Under the pieces are notes generated by a model. It made no database searches, was not told where the DNA came from, and was given only the letters and a program-made list of their open reading frames with translations. DNA of 37,133 nucleotides, taken from assembly GCA_002269645.1 (NCBI GenBank), contig NIVC01002628.1, forward strand, positions 1 to 37,133, given 5' to 3'. The translations under genes were made by a program, and so were the position numbers. The DNA is from Macrostomum lignano (taxonomy: Eukaryota). This document shows, piece after piece, positions 16,846-37,133 of the stretch. How positions within the stretch are numbered: position 1 is the stretch's first letter; every line of letters starts with the position of its first letter.

Positions 16846-16971
16846 AGAAATCGAATGGCTCCCGATCTTCACATTGCTCGACTCTAATTATGTTTGCGGA
16901 CTTACCTACAGTAAAATATGTAAACAGTCTGTATCTGTTAGCATATGATGCAGTCATGAGTTTTTGGTCGA

Positions 16972-17660
16972 TCAGTAACCTACTGAAGGTCCTGAAGGAT
17001 ATCAGTGACTTGCTGAAGGTCTAAGGATATCAGTGACTTGCTGAAAGTCTAAGGATATCAGTGACCTAATGAAGGTTTCTGAAGGATATCAGTGACCTAA
17101 TGAAGGTTTCTGAAGGATATCAGTGGCCTAATGAAGGTTTCTGAAGGATATCAGTGACCTAATGAAGGTTTCTGAAGGATATCAGTGACCTAATGAAGGT
17201 TTCTGAAGGATATCAGTGACCTAATGAAGATTTCTGAAGGATATCAGTGACCTTTGAAGATTTCTGAAGGATATCAGTGACCTAATGAAGGTTTCTGAAG
17301 GATATCAGTGACCTAATGAAGGTTTCTGAAGGATATCAGTGACCTATGAAGATTTCTGAAGGATATCAGTGACCTAATGAAGGTTTCTGAAGGATATCAG
17401 TGACCTAATGAAGGTTTCTGAAGGATATCAGTGACCTATGAAGATTTCTGAAGGATATCAGTGACCTTTGAAGATTTCTGAAGGATATCAGTGACCTAAT
17501 GAAGGTTTCTGAAGGATATCAGTGACCTAATGAAGGTTTCTGAAGGATATCAGTGACCTAATGAAGGTTTCTGAAGGATATCAGTGACCTATGAAGATTT
17601 CTGAAGGATATCAGTGACCTATGAAGATTTCTGAAGGATATCAGTGACCTATTGAAGGTC
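16972..17660. repeat. 31-bp minisatellite (CTGAAGGATATCAGTGACCTAATGAAGGTTT)
   Basis: About 20 units, 3' of the PTB-like stop codon. Confidence 0.95.
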
Positions 17661-18404
17661 ATAAAGGTCCTGAATTGTAAGCGGTAATTCACACCGAAGC
17701 ATAAAACCATTTCGAAAGCTAGCTGTTGCGAGATTGCTAATTATTACCATTACAAATGTACAATACTTTCAATGCACTTTAAGTTTTACCTACAACCAAT
17801 GCGTAAAGTTTTTTGATTGACCATAAATTGAATATTTGGCCTACAATAAGTATTATTGTTTGATTTAATAAAAAAACTGAATCTGCATTAAGGCTCCTAC
17901 TTAAAGTAGGTGGAATGTCATTTCTATAAAAAATCGTTGAATTTCTAACCTCAGTTGGTTGGTAACTGTTCACAAGAACTCTGTCACTATTTATTTAAAT
18001 TATTAATACTTATACAAAATGTTTAAAAACATCTTATAGTTAAATTTGATTGCATGAAATGGAAGGCCGAATTCGTTGAAAGAAGAAAGTGATTGTCAAA
18101 AAGCCATACAAATCGAATGACTGGTTCCTCTAGAGCAAAATAGGAATGCATTATAGCTCTATGATCTGAAATATAGGCAAAAAGTTTATAAAAGGCGCAA
18201 AATGTTTTTGTTACAATAGTTTAGTTAATAAAGTCTAGGCGCGTGAAATTTATCGGATAAATCTTTTTAAGGCAATAAAACTTGGTTGATTGTTAAAATG
18301 GACTCTGTTTGCCAACGAAAATATCGATCAGTCAATCGTAAATATGATAGGGTGTGACGTACTTTAAAATAGGAGAGGGATTAGGGTCATAGACGTGATA
18401 GACT

Positions 18405-18700
18405 ACTGCTTGGGCTGAGGGTTGATAAGGGGAGTGAGTGTACATTGTCGGGGAATGTGCTTGGGCTGGGGGTTGAAATGGGGAGTGAGTGTACATTGTC
18501 GGGGAAGGAGCTTGGGCTGGGGGTTGAAATGGGGAGTGAGTGTACATTGTCGGGGAAGGAGCTTGGGCTGGGGGTTGAAATGGGGAGTGAGTGTACATTG
18601 TCGGGGAAGGAGCTTGGGCTGGGGGTTGAAATGGGGAGTGAGTGTACATTGTCGGGGAAGGAGTTTGGGCTGGGGTTGAAACGAGGATTGAGTGTACCTT
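18405..18700. repeat. 51-bp G-rich minisatellite
   Basis: About 5.5 units; the translation repeats with a 17-aa period. Confidence 0.93.
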
Positions 18701-19182
18701 GTTCGCTGTGTAGGCTGACGGTTGGCCTAAAATTTACGCGAACTAAAATTTCGAAATGTAACTCAGAACAAGCAACACTAATAACAAATAAGTCATGCTA
18801 ACAGTGTAATTTATAAAATGAGCAATTGTTGTGCAAAAACTAATTACAAAGCACGTAGTTTTAAATGAATTTTGAAGGTTGCAAAGAACTATTCACGAAA
18901 AAGCAAAAATACCAAATATGCTGAATATAAAACAATCAAGAAATATTTATACCCACAACTTTGTCAAGAATTACATATATGTTCATCTTCTGTGACTCTG
19001 TGCCGTACTACTGTAAGTACAATTAAAACAAGCAATGCCCAGAAATCAGTGTTATTTAAGATGAACTCGGAATATATGCAATGTAGGTATGACACGATTC
19101 GAAACGTAATTTTGTCGTTTGTTCAACTAATATCCAATTCAAATTTACGCCAAAAAACCAGACACGACCGATAGACAATTTC

Positions 19183-19609
19183 CACAGATACCAAAAATAG
19201 CTAGATGGGCCACTCAGGCATATACTTAGTAAAAAAAGCTTTCTACTGTCAGTTCAGTAGCAAAGAAAAGTACATAAGCTATTTTATAAAATAAAGGCAG
19301 CTGAAATTACTGATAAGCTTGCGGGCGTCTTGCTAATTGGTTCAGCAATAATGTACACTAGCCAGCCCACTGAAATGTACATTGCCGATTTAGGCTGGAA
19401 TTCCGAGAAGGGCAATAAAAATTGGGGTGGGTTGGGGGGTAGTGTGGAAAGGCGCGGTTGGAGGGTTTAAGCTGGGGGGTAGCCTACTTATAAATGAACA
19501 TTGGCTCTAAAAATACATTAAAATGCTTCTGTTTAACTTAGCTACTGAACTGAAAGTAGTTTACACGCAAATGTGCTGAGTGGCCCATCTAGTCATTTTA
19601 GTATCTGTG
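19183..19609. mobile_element. MITE-like non-autonomous DNA transposon with ~80-bp imperfect TIRs and a near-perfect 8-bp TSD
   Basis: Ends are CACAGATAC...GTATCTGTG. Exact inverted blocks are CTAGATGGGCCACTCAG (19201-19217 / 19576-19592) and TCAGTTCAGTAGC (19249-19261 / 19541-19553). Flanks are ACAATTTC (19175-19182) and ACAATTTG (19610-19617). No internal ORF. Confidence 0.75.
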
Positions 19610-19652
19610 ACAATTTGAGTTTCATTCTTCAAACCCACTATTTAAATAATCG

Positions 19653-22600
19653 TCAGGCCTTTCTAAAATCGCCCGTAACCAAGGTGACCGAACCGCTTGA
19701 TCGCAAATTCTCGTCGTTACTACCGTATTGCGTGTAGGTGGCCGTTGCAACGTCGCTATCTCGCATCAGGGTGCGCTGATAGGCTCTGTCATACCAACGG
19801 GACAGGGGCAGAAATAGCAGCAGAAATGCTGTAGCAACGCCGGCAAGCAGAAAGCAGAAGTACTCCAGATGGCCAGTGTTGATGTCCTCTGGTAGCCAGG
19901 GATCTGAGAGTGTGGGGAATCACCAAGAAGATTTGAAGTAAATACGAGCTAGGTTAAATTCTTTGAATAGCATTTTTCTGCGAGATCCTGGTCTAACAGG
20001 GGAAATCACGGTATAACAGGTGAGATTCTGGTCTAACAGGTGAGATTACGGTATAACAGGTGAGATTCTGGTCTAACCGGTGAAACCCTGGTCTAACAGG
20101 TGAGATCCTGGTCTAATAAGTGAGGTCCTAATCTAACAGGTAAGATCCTGGTCTAACAGGTGAGATCCTGGTATAACAGGTGAGATTCTGGTCTAACAGG
20201 TGAGATCCTGGTCGAACAGGTGAGATCCTGGTCTAACAGGTGAGAACCTGGTCTAACAGGTGAGATCCCGGTTTAACAGGTGAGACATCTATCTAACAGG
20301 TGAAACCTCACCAGCGGTGGTCGCTGCACCAACAATGGCTACCAGCAATGAGCCAAGATAAGAGCCCAGCCCGTTCATAGCCAAGTAGACGCCCATGGTG
20401 ACGGACTTGAGCTGGTCCGGGCAGTTGTTGTACACCAGCTCCATGCCGGTGCTGGCAGCGAACACTTCTCCGGTGCCAATCAGGAAAAACTGCGGAATCT
20501 GTTGGAATTCGGGAATGGCAGACTGTCACAATGGGAATGGCAGACTGTCACACTGGGAATGGCAGACTGTCACACTGGGAATGGCAGACTGTCTCACTGG
20601 GAATGGCAGACTGTCACACTGGGAATGGCAGACTGTCTCACTGGGAATGGCAGACTGTCACAGTGGGAATGACAGACTGTCACACTGGGAATGGCAGACT
20701 GTCACACTGGGAATGGCAGACTGTCACACTGGGAATGGCAGACTGTCTCACTGGGAATGAATGAGGAGCATTGCAGACTAGTTCACAAACCTGCAGCAGG
20801 ATATTCAAGTTCGAAGCATTATAAGTCCTTCCAGACAGTTTCTGCTCGAATCCGCCCGAACGATTCAGTTCGGATTTCCGCTGGATCTCCAAGAAACCGG
20901 CAATCACCACAGACACGATGGCCAGAGCAAAGCCCAGGCCGATTCGTTTCAATAGAGAAATCTTGGTTACAGCCGCAAAGCGACGAATCAGTGGGAAGAT
21001 GACCAGATCCAGCAGGGGAGTCACCAGGATGATGGCTAAAGAGTTGAACAAAGACAGCGAGGCGGCTGGTAAACGAAACGTGCCGATGCTGAGGTCCATG
21101 CGCTCCGCCTGCAGCAGATAGGTGCTTTGCATCTGCGAGGGGAGTGCGGGGATCGCTTGATTGGTTCAACTTAGGAGGAGCTGATTGGAGGTAAAGGGCG
21201 GTTTCCACTCTATAGACACAACAGAGGAACAGATTGAGGGAAAGGGTGGTTTCCACTCTATAGACAGAGGTACAGATTGAGGGAAAGGGTGGTTTCCACT
21301 CTATAGACACAACAGAGGAACAGATTGAGGGAAAGGGCGGTTTCCACTCTATAGACACAACAGAGGAACAGATTGAGGGAAAGGGTGGTTTCCACTCTAT
21401 AGACACAACAGAGGAACAGATTGAGGGAAAGGGTGGTTTCCACTCTATAGACACAACAGAGGAACAGATTGAGGGAAAGGGTGGTTTCCACTCTATAGAT
21501 ACAACAGAGGAACAGATTGAGGGAAAGGGTGGTTTCCACTCTATAGACACAACAGAGGAACAGATTGAGGGAAAGGGTGGTTTCCACTCTATAGACACAA
21601 CAGAGGAACAGATTGAGGGAAAGGGTGGTTTCCACTCTATAGATACAACAGAGGAACAGATTGAGGGAAAGGGTGGTTTCCACTCTATAGACACAACAGA
21701 GGAACAGATTGAGGGAAAGGGTGGTTTCCACTCTATAGACACAGAGGTACAGATTGAGGGAAAGGGCGGTTTCCACTCTATAGACAGAGGTACAGATTGA
21801 GGGAAAGGGTGGTTTCCACTCTATAGACACAACAGAGGAACAGATTGAGGGAAAGGGTGGTTTCCACTCTATAGACACAACAGAGGAACAGATTGAGGGA
21901 AAGGGTGGTTTCCACTCTATAGACACAACAGAGGAACAGATTGAGGGAAAGGGTGATTTCCACTCTATAGACACAACAGAGGTACAGATTGAGGGAAAGG
22001 GTGGTTTCCACTCTATAGACACAACAGAGGAACAGATTGAGGGAAAGGGCGGTTTCCCCTCTCTAGGCACAAAGGTACAGATTGAGGGAAAGGGTGGTTT
22101 CCACTCTATAGACACAACAGAGGAACAGATTGAGGGAAAGGGTGGTTTCCACTCTATAGACACAACAGAGGAACAGATTGAGGGAAAGGGCAGTTTCCAT
22201 TCTATAGACACAGAGGTACAGATTGAGGGAAAGGGCCGTTTCCACTCTCTAGGCACAAAGGTACAGATTGAGGGAAAGGGTGGTTTCCACTCTATAGACA
22301 CAACAGAGGAACAGATTGAGGGAAAGGGCAGTTTCCATTCTATAGACACAGAGGTACAGATTGAGGGAAAGGGCCGTTTCCACTCTCTAGGCACAAAGGT
22401 ACAGATTTGTACACGGTTAAAAAAAGCGACCTACCTGGTTATAGATGCACCAGAACCCAATGAAAGGCAGCATCAGCGGTATCAATATCAGCACCTGTTT
22501 GGTACCACGAACCAAGTCCTCCGGATAGCGACCGCCATTAGAAATCTGAGCATAGTCTAGCCAAGACGGCAGGGAGTAGATACTGTTTGACTGGCTGGAG

Positions 22601-25505
22601 ATGGCGTTACCCATCACCTTGAACAGTTGGCCCAACGGGGAACCCGACGGCTTGGCCTCGTGAGTCATACAGGGCCTTGGCAACAGGAGCAAACTGATTG
22701 CCAATAGAATAGAAACAGCCGGTATCAGGTAGCCGGCAAAGAAGCTGACCTCCTGCTGAATGTAGGCAACAAAGGCGAAGGCTAAACCCGAGCCAATGTT
22801 GATGAACCAGTAGAACCAGGTGAAGAAGCGTTGGATTTCGCGTTGGCCCAAGTCTGCAACCTGATTGAGAGGTAATGGTGAGTCAGACGGTGCCAGAATA
22901 AGAGTCAGATGGCGCCAAAGTTGGTGAGTCAGGTGGCGCCAAAATGAGCGATTTAGAGGACGTCAAAATTAATGAGTCAGGTGGCAACAAAATGGGTGAG
23001 TCAGGTGCATAGTGTCAAAATGGGTGAGTCAGGTGGCGCCAAAATGGGTGAGTCAGGCGGCGCCAAAATGGGTGAGTCAGATGGCGCCAAAATAGGTGAG
23101 TCAGGTAGCGCCAAAATGGGTGGGTCAAGTGGTGCCAAAATAGGTGAGTCAAATGGTGCCAAAATTAGTGAGTCAGGTGCATAGTGTCAAAATGGGTGAG
23201 TCAGATGGTGCCAAAATGGGTGAGTCAGATGGTGCCAAAATTAGTGAGTCAGGTGCATAGTGTCAAAATGGGTGAGTCAGATGGTGCCAAAATGGGTGAG
23301 TCAGATGGTGCCAAAATTAGTGAGTCAGGTGCATAGTGTCAAAATGGGTGAGTCAGATGGTGCCAAAATGGGTGAGTCAGATGGTGCCAAAATTAGTGAG
23401 TCAGGTGCATAGTGTCAAAATGGGTGAGTCAGGTGGCGCCAAAATGGGTGTCAGGCGGCGCCAAAATGGGTGAGTCAGATGGCGCCAAAATAGGTGAGTC
23501 AGGTAGCGCCAAAATGGGTGGGTCAAGTGGTGCCAAAATAGGTGAGTCAAATGGTGCCAAAATTAGTGAGTCAGGTGCATAGTGTCAAAATGGGTGAGTC
23601 AGATGGTGCCAAAATGGGTGAGTCAGATGGTGCCAAAATTAGTGAGTCAGGTGCATAGTGTCAAAATGGGTGAGTCAGATGGTGCCAAAATGGGTGAGTC
23701 AGATGGTGCCAAAATTAGTGAGTCAGGTGCATAGTGTCAAAATGGGTGAGTCAGGTGGCGCCAAAATGGGTGTCAGGCGGCGCCAAAATGGGAGTCAGGT
23801 GGCGCCGAAAAGATAATTTGTAATTTAAATTTTGCAAATAATTTTGTCTTGTTTTTTCTTACCTGAAAGGCGCCAAACGTGCTGACATTGGATTTAATGC
23901 CGCCTGTGCCGCAGGCTATGAGCACCAAGCCGGTGATGTAGAAAGCGCGAGCTGCTGTCTGAGGATTTTTGGTTGAGTTGTCAAATTAATTGTCAGGATT
24001 ATTAGACTTGGATTAGGCGCTGGAGATCGCCTGATCACACCTATAATAGTGTAAATTTTATAGCTAGATAAATATAAGTTAGCTTCTAACTGGTTCAGTG
24101 AGGTAAATTTTTTATGGTGATTAAACGCAAATAAGGTAATGGGTAATTGGGTAAATGTGATAGGTAATTACACAAAAATTAGGTAAATTAGAAGGGCGAT
24201 TGCACCCCAATTAGGTAAATTTAAAGGGTGATTGCACCCCAATTAAGTAAATTTAAAGGGCGATTGCACCCCAATTAGGTAAATTTAAAGGGCGATTGCA
24301 CCCTAATTAAGTAAATTTAAAGGGCGATTGCACCCCAATTAGGTAAATTTAAAGGGCGATTGCACCCCAATTAGGTAAATTTAAAGGGCGATTGCATCTT
24401 AATTAGGTAAATTTAAAGGGCGATTGCACCCCAATTAAGTAAATTTAAAGGGCGATTGCACCCCAATTAGGTAAATTTAAAGGGCGATTGCACCCCAATT
24501 AGGTAAATTTAAAGGGTGATTGCACCTCAATTAGGTAAATTGAAAGGGTGATTGCACCCCAATTAGGTAAATTTAAAGGGTGATTGCACTCCAATTAAGT
24601 AAATTTAAAGGGCGATTGCACCCCAATTAGGTAAATTTAAAGGGCGATTGCACCTTAATTAGGTAAATTTAAAGGGCGATTGCACCCTAATTAAGTAAAT
24701 TTAAAGGGCGATTGCACCCCAATTAGGTGAATTTAAAGGGCGATTGCATCTTAATTAGGTAAATTTAAAGGGCGATTGCACCCCAATTAAGTAAATTTAA
24801 AGGGCGATTGCACCCCAATTAGGTAAATTTAAAGGGCGATTGCACCTTAATTAGGTAAATTTAAAGGGTGATTGCACCTCAATTAGGTAAATTTAAAGGG
24901 TGATTGCACCCCAATTAGGTAAACTGCACCTAGATTAAAGCTTAATTCCAATACAGACATCTCTGTCTCACCGATATTAAACTATCCCGTCCCCCGCCCA
25001 TTGAAATCGGGGATCAATACCTGATCAAGCTGCACCCCGAGCTGCTCATAGTCAAAGGCTACAGTAGGCAGCAGTGCGCAGCCAACGGCATAAATGAGGC
25101 CAGACAAGTACAAAGTGTTGTACCGACCGATCACAGAGTCGGCCAGCCAGCCTCCAAACATCGGAGTAAAGTACACTGTGCCCGAGAATACCAGAGTCCC
25201 AGTTAGTGCCGAGTTCGAATCGAAGCCCAAATGATTTTGTAGGAAAATGAGCAGATTAGCTATGATCGAATAATAAGTGAGCCGTTCGCATAATTCGCAG
25301 AACAGAATGCAGACAACAGCAATGCGAGAGGCTCTTGGTGTTTGCACTTGCTGGCCATCTTGAAGGAAATCATTTTTTTTTAAATAAAGTGGACATTTAC
25401 TAGAAAATATCGAGAAAGTACTGAAATATTAGAAATATAAAATTCACCTCTTCCATGGATTTGTAAGAGCGGCTTCAATTGGTCTTCCTCATCATAGCTT
25501 GCCAT
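19653..25505 (-). CDS. SLC15A4: SLC15/POT (PTR2) family proton-coupled oligopeptide transporter, SLC15A4-like (565 aa)
   Basis: Seven exons (25505-25448, 25358-25021, 23958-23863, 22860-22435, 21132-20791, 20498-20312, 19903-19653), all GT-AG and in phase, total 1698 nt. Family motifs are ELCERLTYY (ExxER motif), GGWLADSVIGRY, GTGGIKSNV, FFTWFYWFINIGS, IPQFFLIGTGEVFA and INTGHLEYF. Orthology to A4 rather than A3 or A5 was not tested. Confidence 0.92.
19985..20305. repeat. 20-bp minisatellite (CAGGTGAGATCCTGGTCTAA)
   Basis: About 16 units in SLC15 intron 6. Confidence 0.92.
20511..20760. repeat. 22-bp minisatellite (CTGGGAATGGCAGACTGTCACA)
   Basis: About 11 units in SLC15 intron 5. Confidence 0.94.
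21195..22406. repeat. 48-bp minisatellite (GATTGAGGGAAAGGGTGGTTTCCACTCTATAGACACAACAGAGGAACA)
   Basis: About 25 units with 45-bp variants in SLC15 intron 4. Confidence 0.96.
22880..23810. repeat. 24-bp minisatellite (GGTGAGTCAGATGGTGCCAAAATG)
   Basis: About 38 units in SLC15 intron 3. Confidence 0.94.
24190..24930. repeat. 32-bp minisatellite (AATTAGGTAAATTTAAAGGGCGATTGCACCCC)
   Basis: About 22 units in SLC15 intron 2. Confidence 0.95.
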
Positions 25506-26597
25506 TGGCTAGTAAACAGCACAGAATTCAATCATAAAAAGTATATTTTAAAAAGTGATTTTTTTAACCTGAAATGCATTAAATTCATTTTAATTAGAAA
25601 GTTTGCTTGAATAAAAAGGCTTAATAAATTATAATAACGGTTAAATAATGCACGCATTCAGTGAACTTAAAACTCTCCACTTAGTACAATTTTTCCAATT
25701 TTTCAAATTTTGGAAAGAAAAAAGTTCCATGATATAAATGATTGACTAGATAACTTAAGTTTTGGATTTAAATTGTATAAACAACTTTTTATTAGATAAA
25801 GAAATATTTTTCCAATACAACACTAACATCCCACATGTAAGTAAAAATGTCCATCAAGCATCTATTTAGGCGTTAGCAACATTCTTGAGTTCTAGAATCT
25901 GTCTTGCCTAAAAATTGCAAGTTGGAATAATGTTGACGAAATAAGTTTGAAAGTTAAAATGTAAAGTACTAAAGATATCAACAACATAGATTCGAAATCA
26001 AAACAAGGTTGAAGGTTCTATCATTCAATATTTTAAGCTATTTAACATATTTGTCAAAAATCTAAGCGTTCTATACTATACCATTTCTGCAAAAACATCA
26101 CCCAAAATATGACCCAGAAAATATCATTCCGAATGATCAAGTTAAAATATCAGGACGAAGCGTGACTAAATAAAACAAAAAAGCAAAATGAATGAAGTGG
26201 TAGATGGCTGAAATATTTAAAATAAACATTTAGCGGTAAAAAGTCTGCACAATTTATTCAATGCTTTTGATTTTTCCTAACGTTTGGTACTGTGCAGAAA
26301 TCCGATTGAATTACATCTTCGAAATGGATCTAAATAAACAAAAGAAACTTTTAATAAAAGTATTTATTTAGAGCTTAAGCATTGGTTAAATTTTATGGGC
26401 TGAATATAATACAGCTATTTAAAAGCGTTAAATTGACGTTTCTTTAACAGTTTCCAGGATGCATAACAATTGTACATTTTAACTTAGCTTTGGCATTGTG
26501 CTTTTTAATCCCAGCTATTTTAACAATTGTTGGGAAAAATTCACAAAGTATTAAAAATCAAGCGTTCTTACGAGTAGTAGCTACTCATAATCCGAAA
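25506..26597. promoter_or_regulatory. AT-rich bidirectional promoter region between divergent SLC15 and C1orf87-like genes
   Basis: The two start codons point away from each other about 1.1 kb apart. The region has no tandem repeats. An RFX half-site-like GTTAGCAAC lies near 25872-25880. Confidence 0.55.
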
Positions 26598-36303
<9,706 letters not shown>

Positions 36304-37133
36304 TGTGCCGATAAAAGTTATCTCTCAGCTAATTATTTTTTATGATCTCTCAGCTTAATTTCAAATTACAAATATAGACAAACTGATCAAACTGAACGGC
36401 GCTAATTTAAAATTCTAATTTGCTAACCGCAGTAAAACAAAACAGAATTGCACGTTGCGATTACAATTTCTTGCTGATAATAAATTCAGTTAATAATTCT
36501 TTTTGCAGGACGTTTATCAATTTACTTGTAAAGCTTCTCTTGTTTGTTTTAATTTTTTCTTCTACAACGGCAGAAAGTTTGTTTAACTAAGAGTATAAGC
36601 TTTTCACAAAATGAAAATTCTAAAAATTAGCAAGTAGCATGCACTGTATTTTACTTGTACTTTTTATTTGAAAAGCAAATGTATTTTATATTATTTCAAG
36701 CATTTACTAATAAAAGAACACCACACAATCTTCTAAATTTCTCAAATCTTTAACAGAATTTTGAATAAGATAATCTCTATGAATTTGTTTTACTAATTTA
36801 GATCTATAGATTGTTCAATACATTCTTACCAGCTGGTTTAAATCTTACAAGTATATAAACATCATTGTTATTAGCTATTTTAGCAGAGTTTTTCTTTCTA
36901 TTTTTTGTCAACGGCAGTGCGAATTCTAAGAAATACACAATTTAAATTTATTACGTATGTGTATACAATAAATGCTTGGAAATTAAACTGTCTCGTCTCT
37001 ATTTTTAAACAATCAGAAACATTTTATTTTTTAAGATGAGAGTTAGTTTTCTTATTATTTTGCTCCACTGCGATATGCCAATCGAGATTTCGTAGTGGCC
37101 TCTTATAATTCGCTGGCTTTAGTGATTAATCTC

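Noticed and set aside
20819-22394. 307 and 378 aa - strand ORFs (SIEWKPPFPSIC)n
   Set aside because: The 48-bp array in SLC15 intron 4; the true exon starts at the acceptor at 21132.

Overview
Eukaryotic (animal) genomic DNA with GT-AG spliceosomal introns. The style of short 80-90 nt introns alongside long introns packed with tandem repeats resembles free-living flatworm genomes such as Macrostomum; that is an inference only. Four spliced protein-coding genes were reconstructed by hand with consistent exon phases: (1) the 3' part of an uncharacterised + strand gene (1063-6640); (2) a + strand PTB/PH-like-domain, polyQ-rich protein (13796-16845); (3) a complete - strand SLC15/POT peptide transporter (19653-25505); (4) a complete + strand C1orf87-like protein with EF-hand-like modules (26598-36303), head-to-head with gene 3. 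Nearly every long intron holds its own micro- or minisatellite, and most long ORFs in the supplied track are artefacts of these repeats. The most notable observations are a candidate nested antisense gene for a small secreted peptide inside gene 4, a perfect RFX X-box in a coding exon of gene 4, a MITE-like element with a near-perfect 8-bp TSD just past the SLC15 stop, and intronic arrays built from splice-signal-like or transcription-factor-site-like units. There is no CRISPR array, rRNA or intact tRNA.
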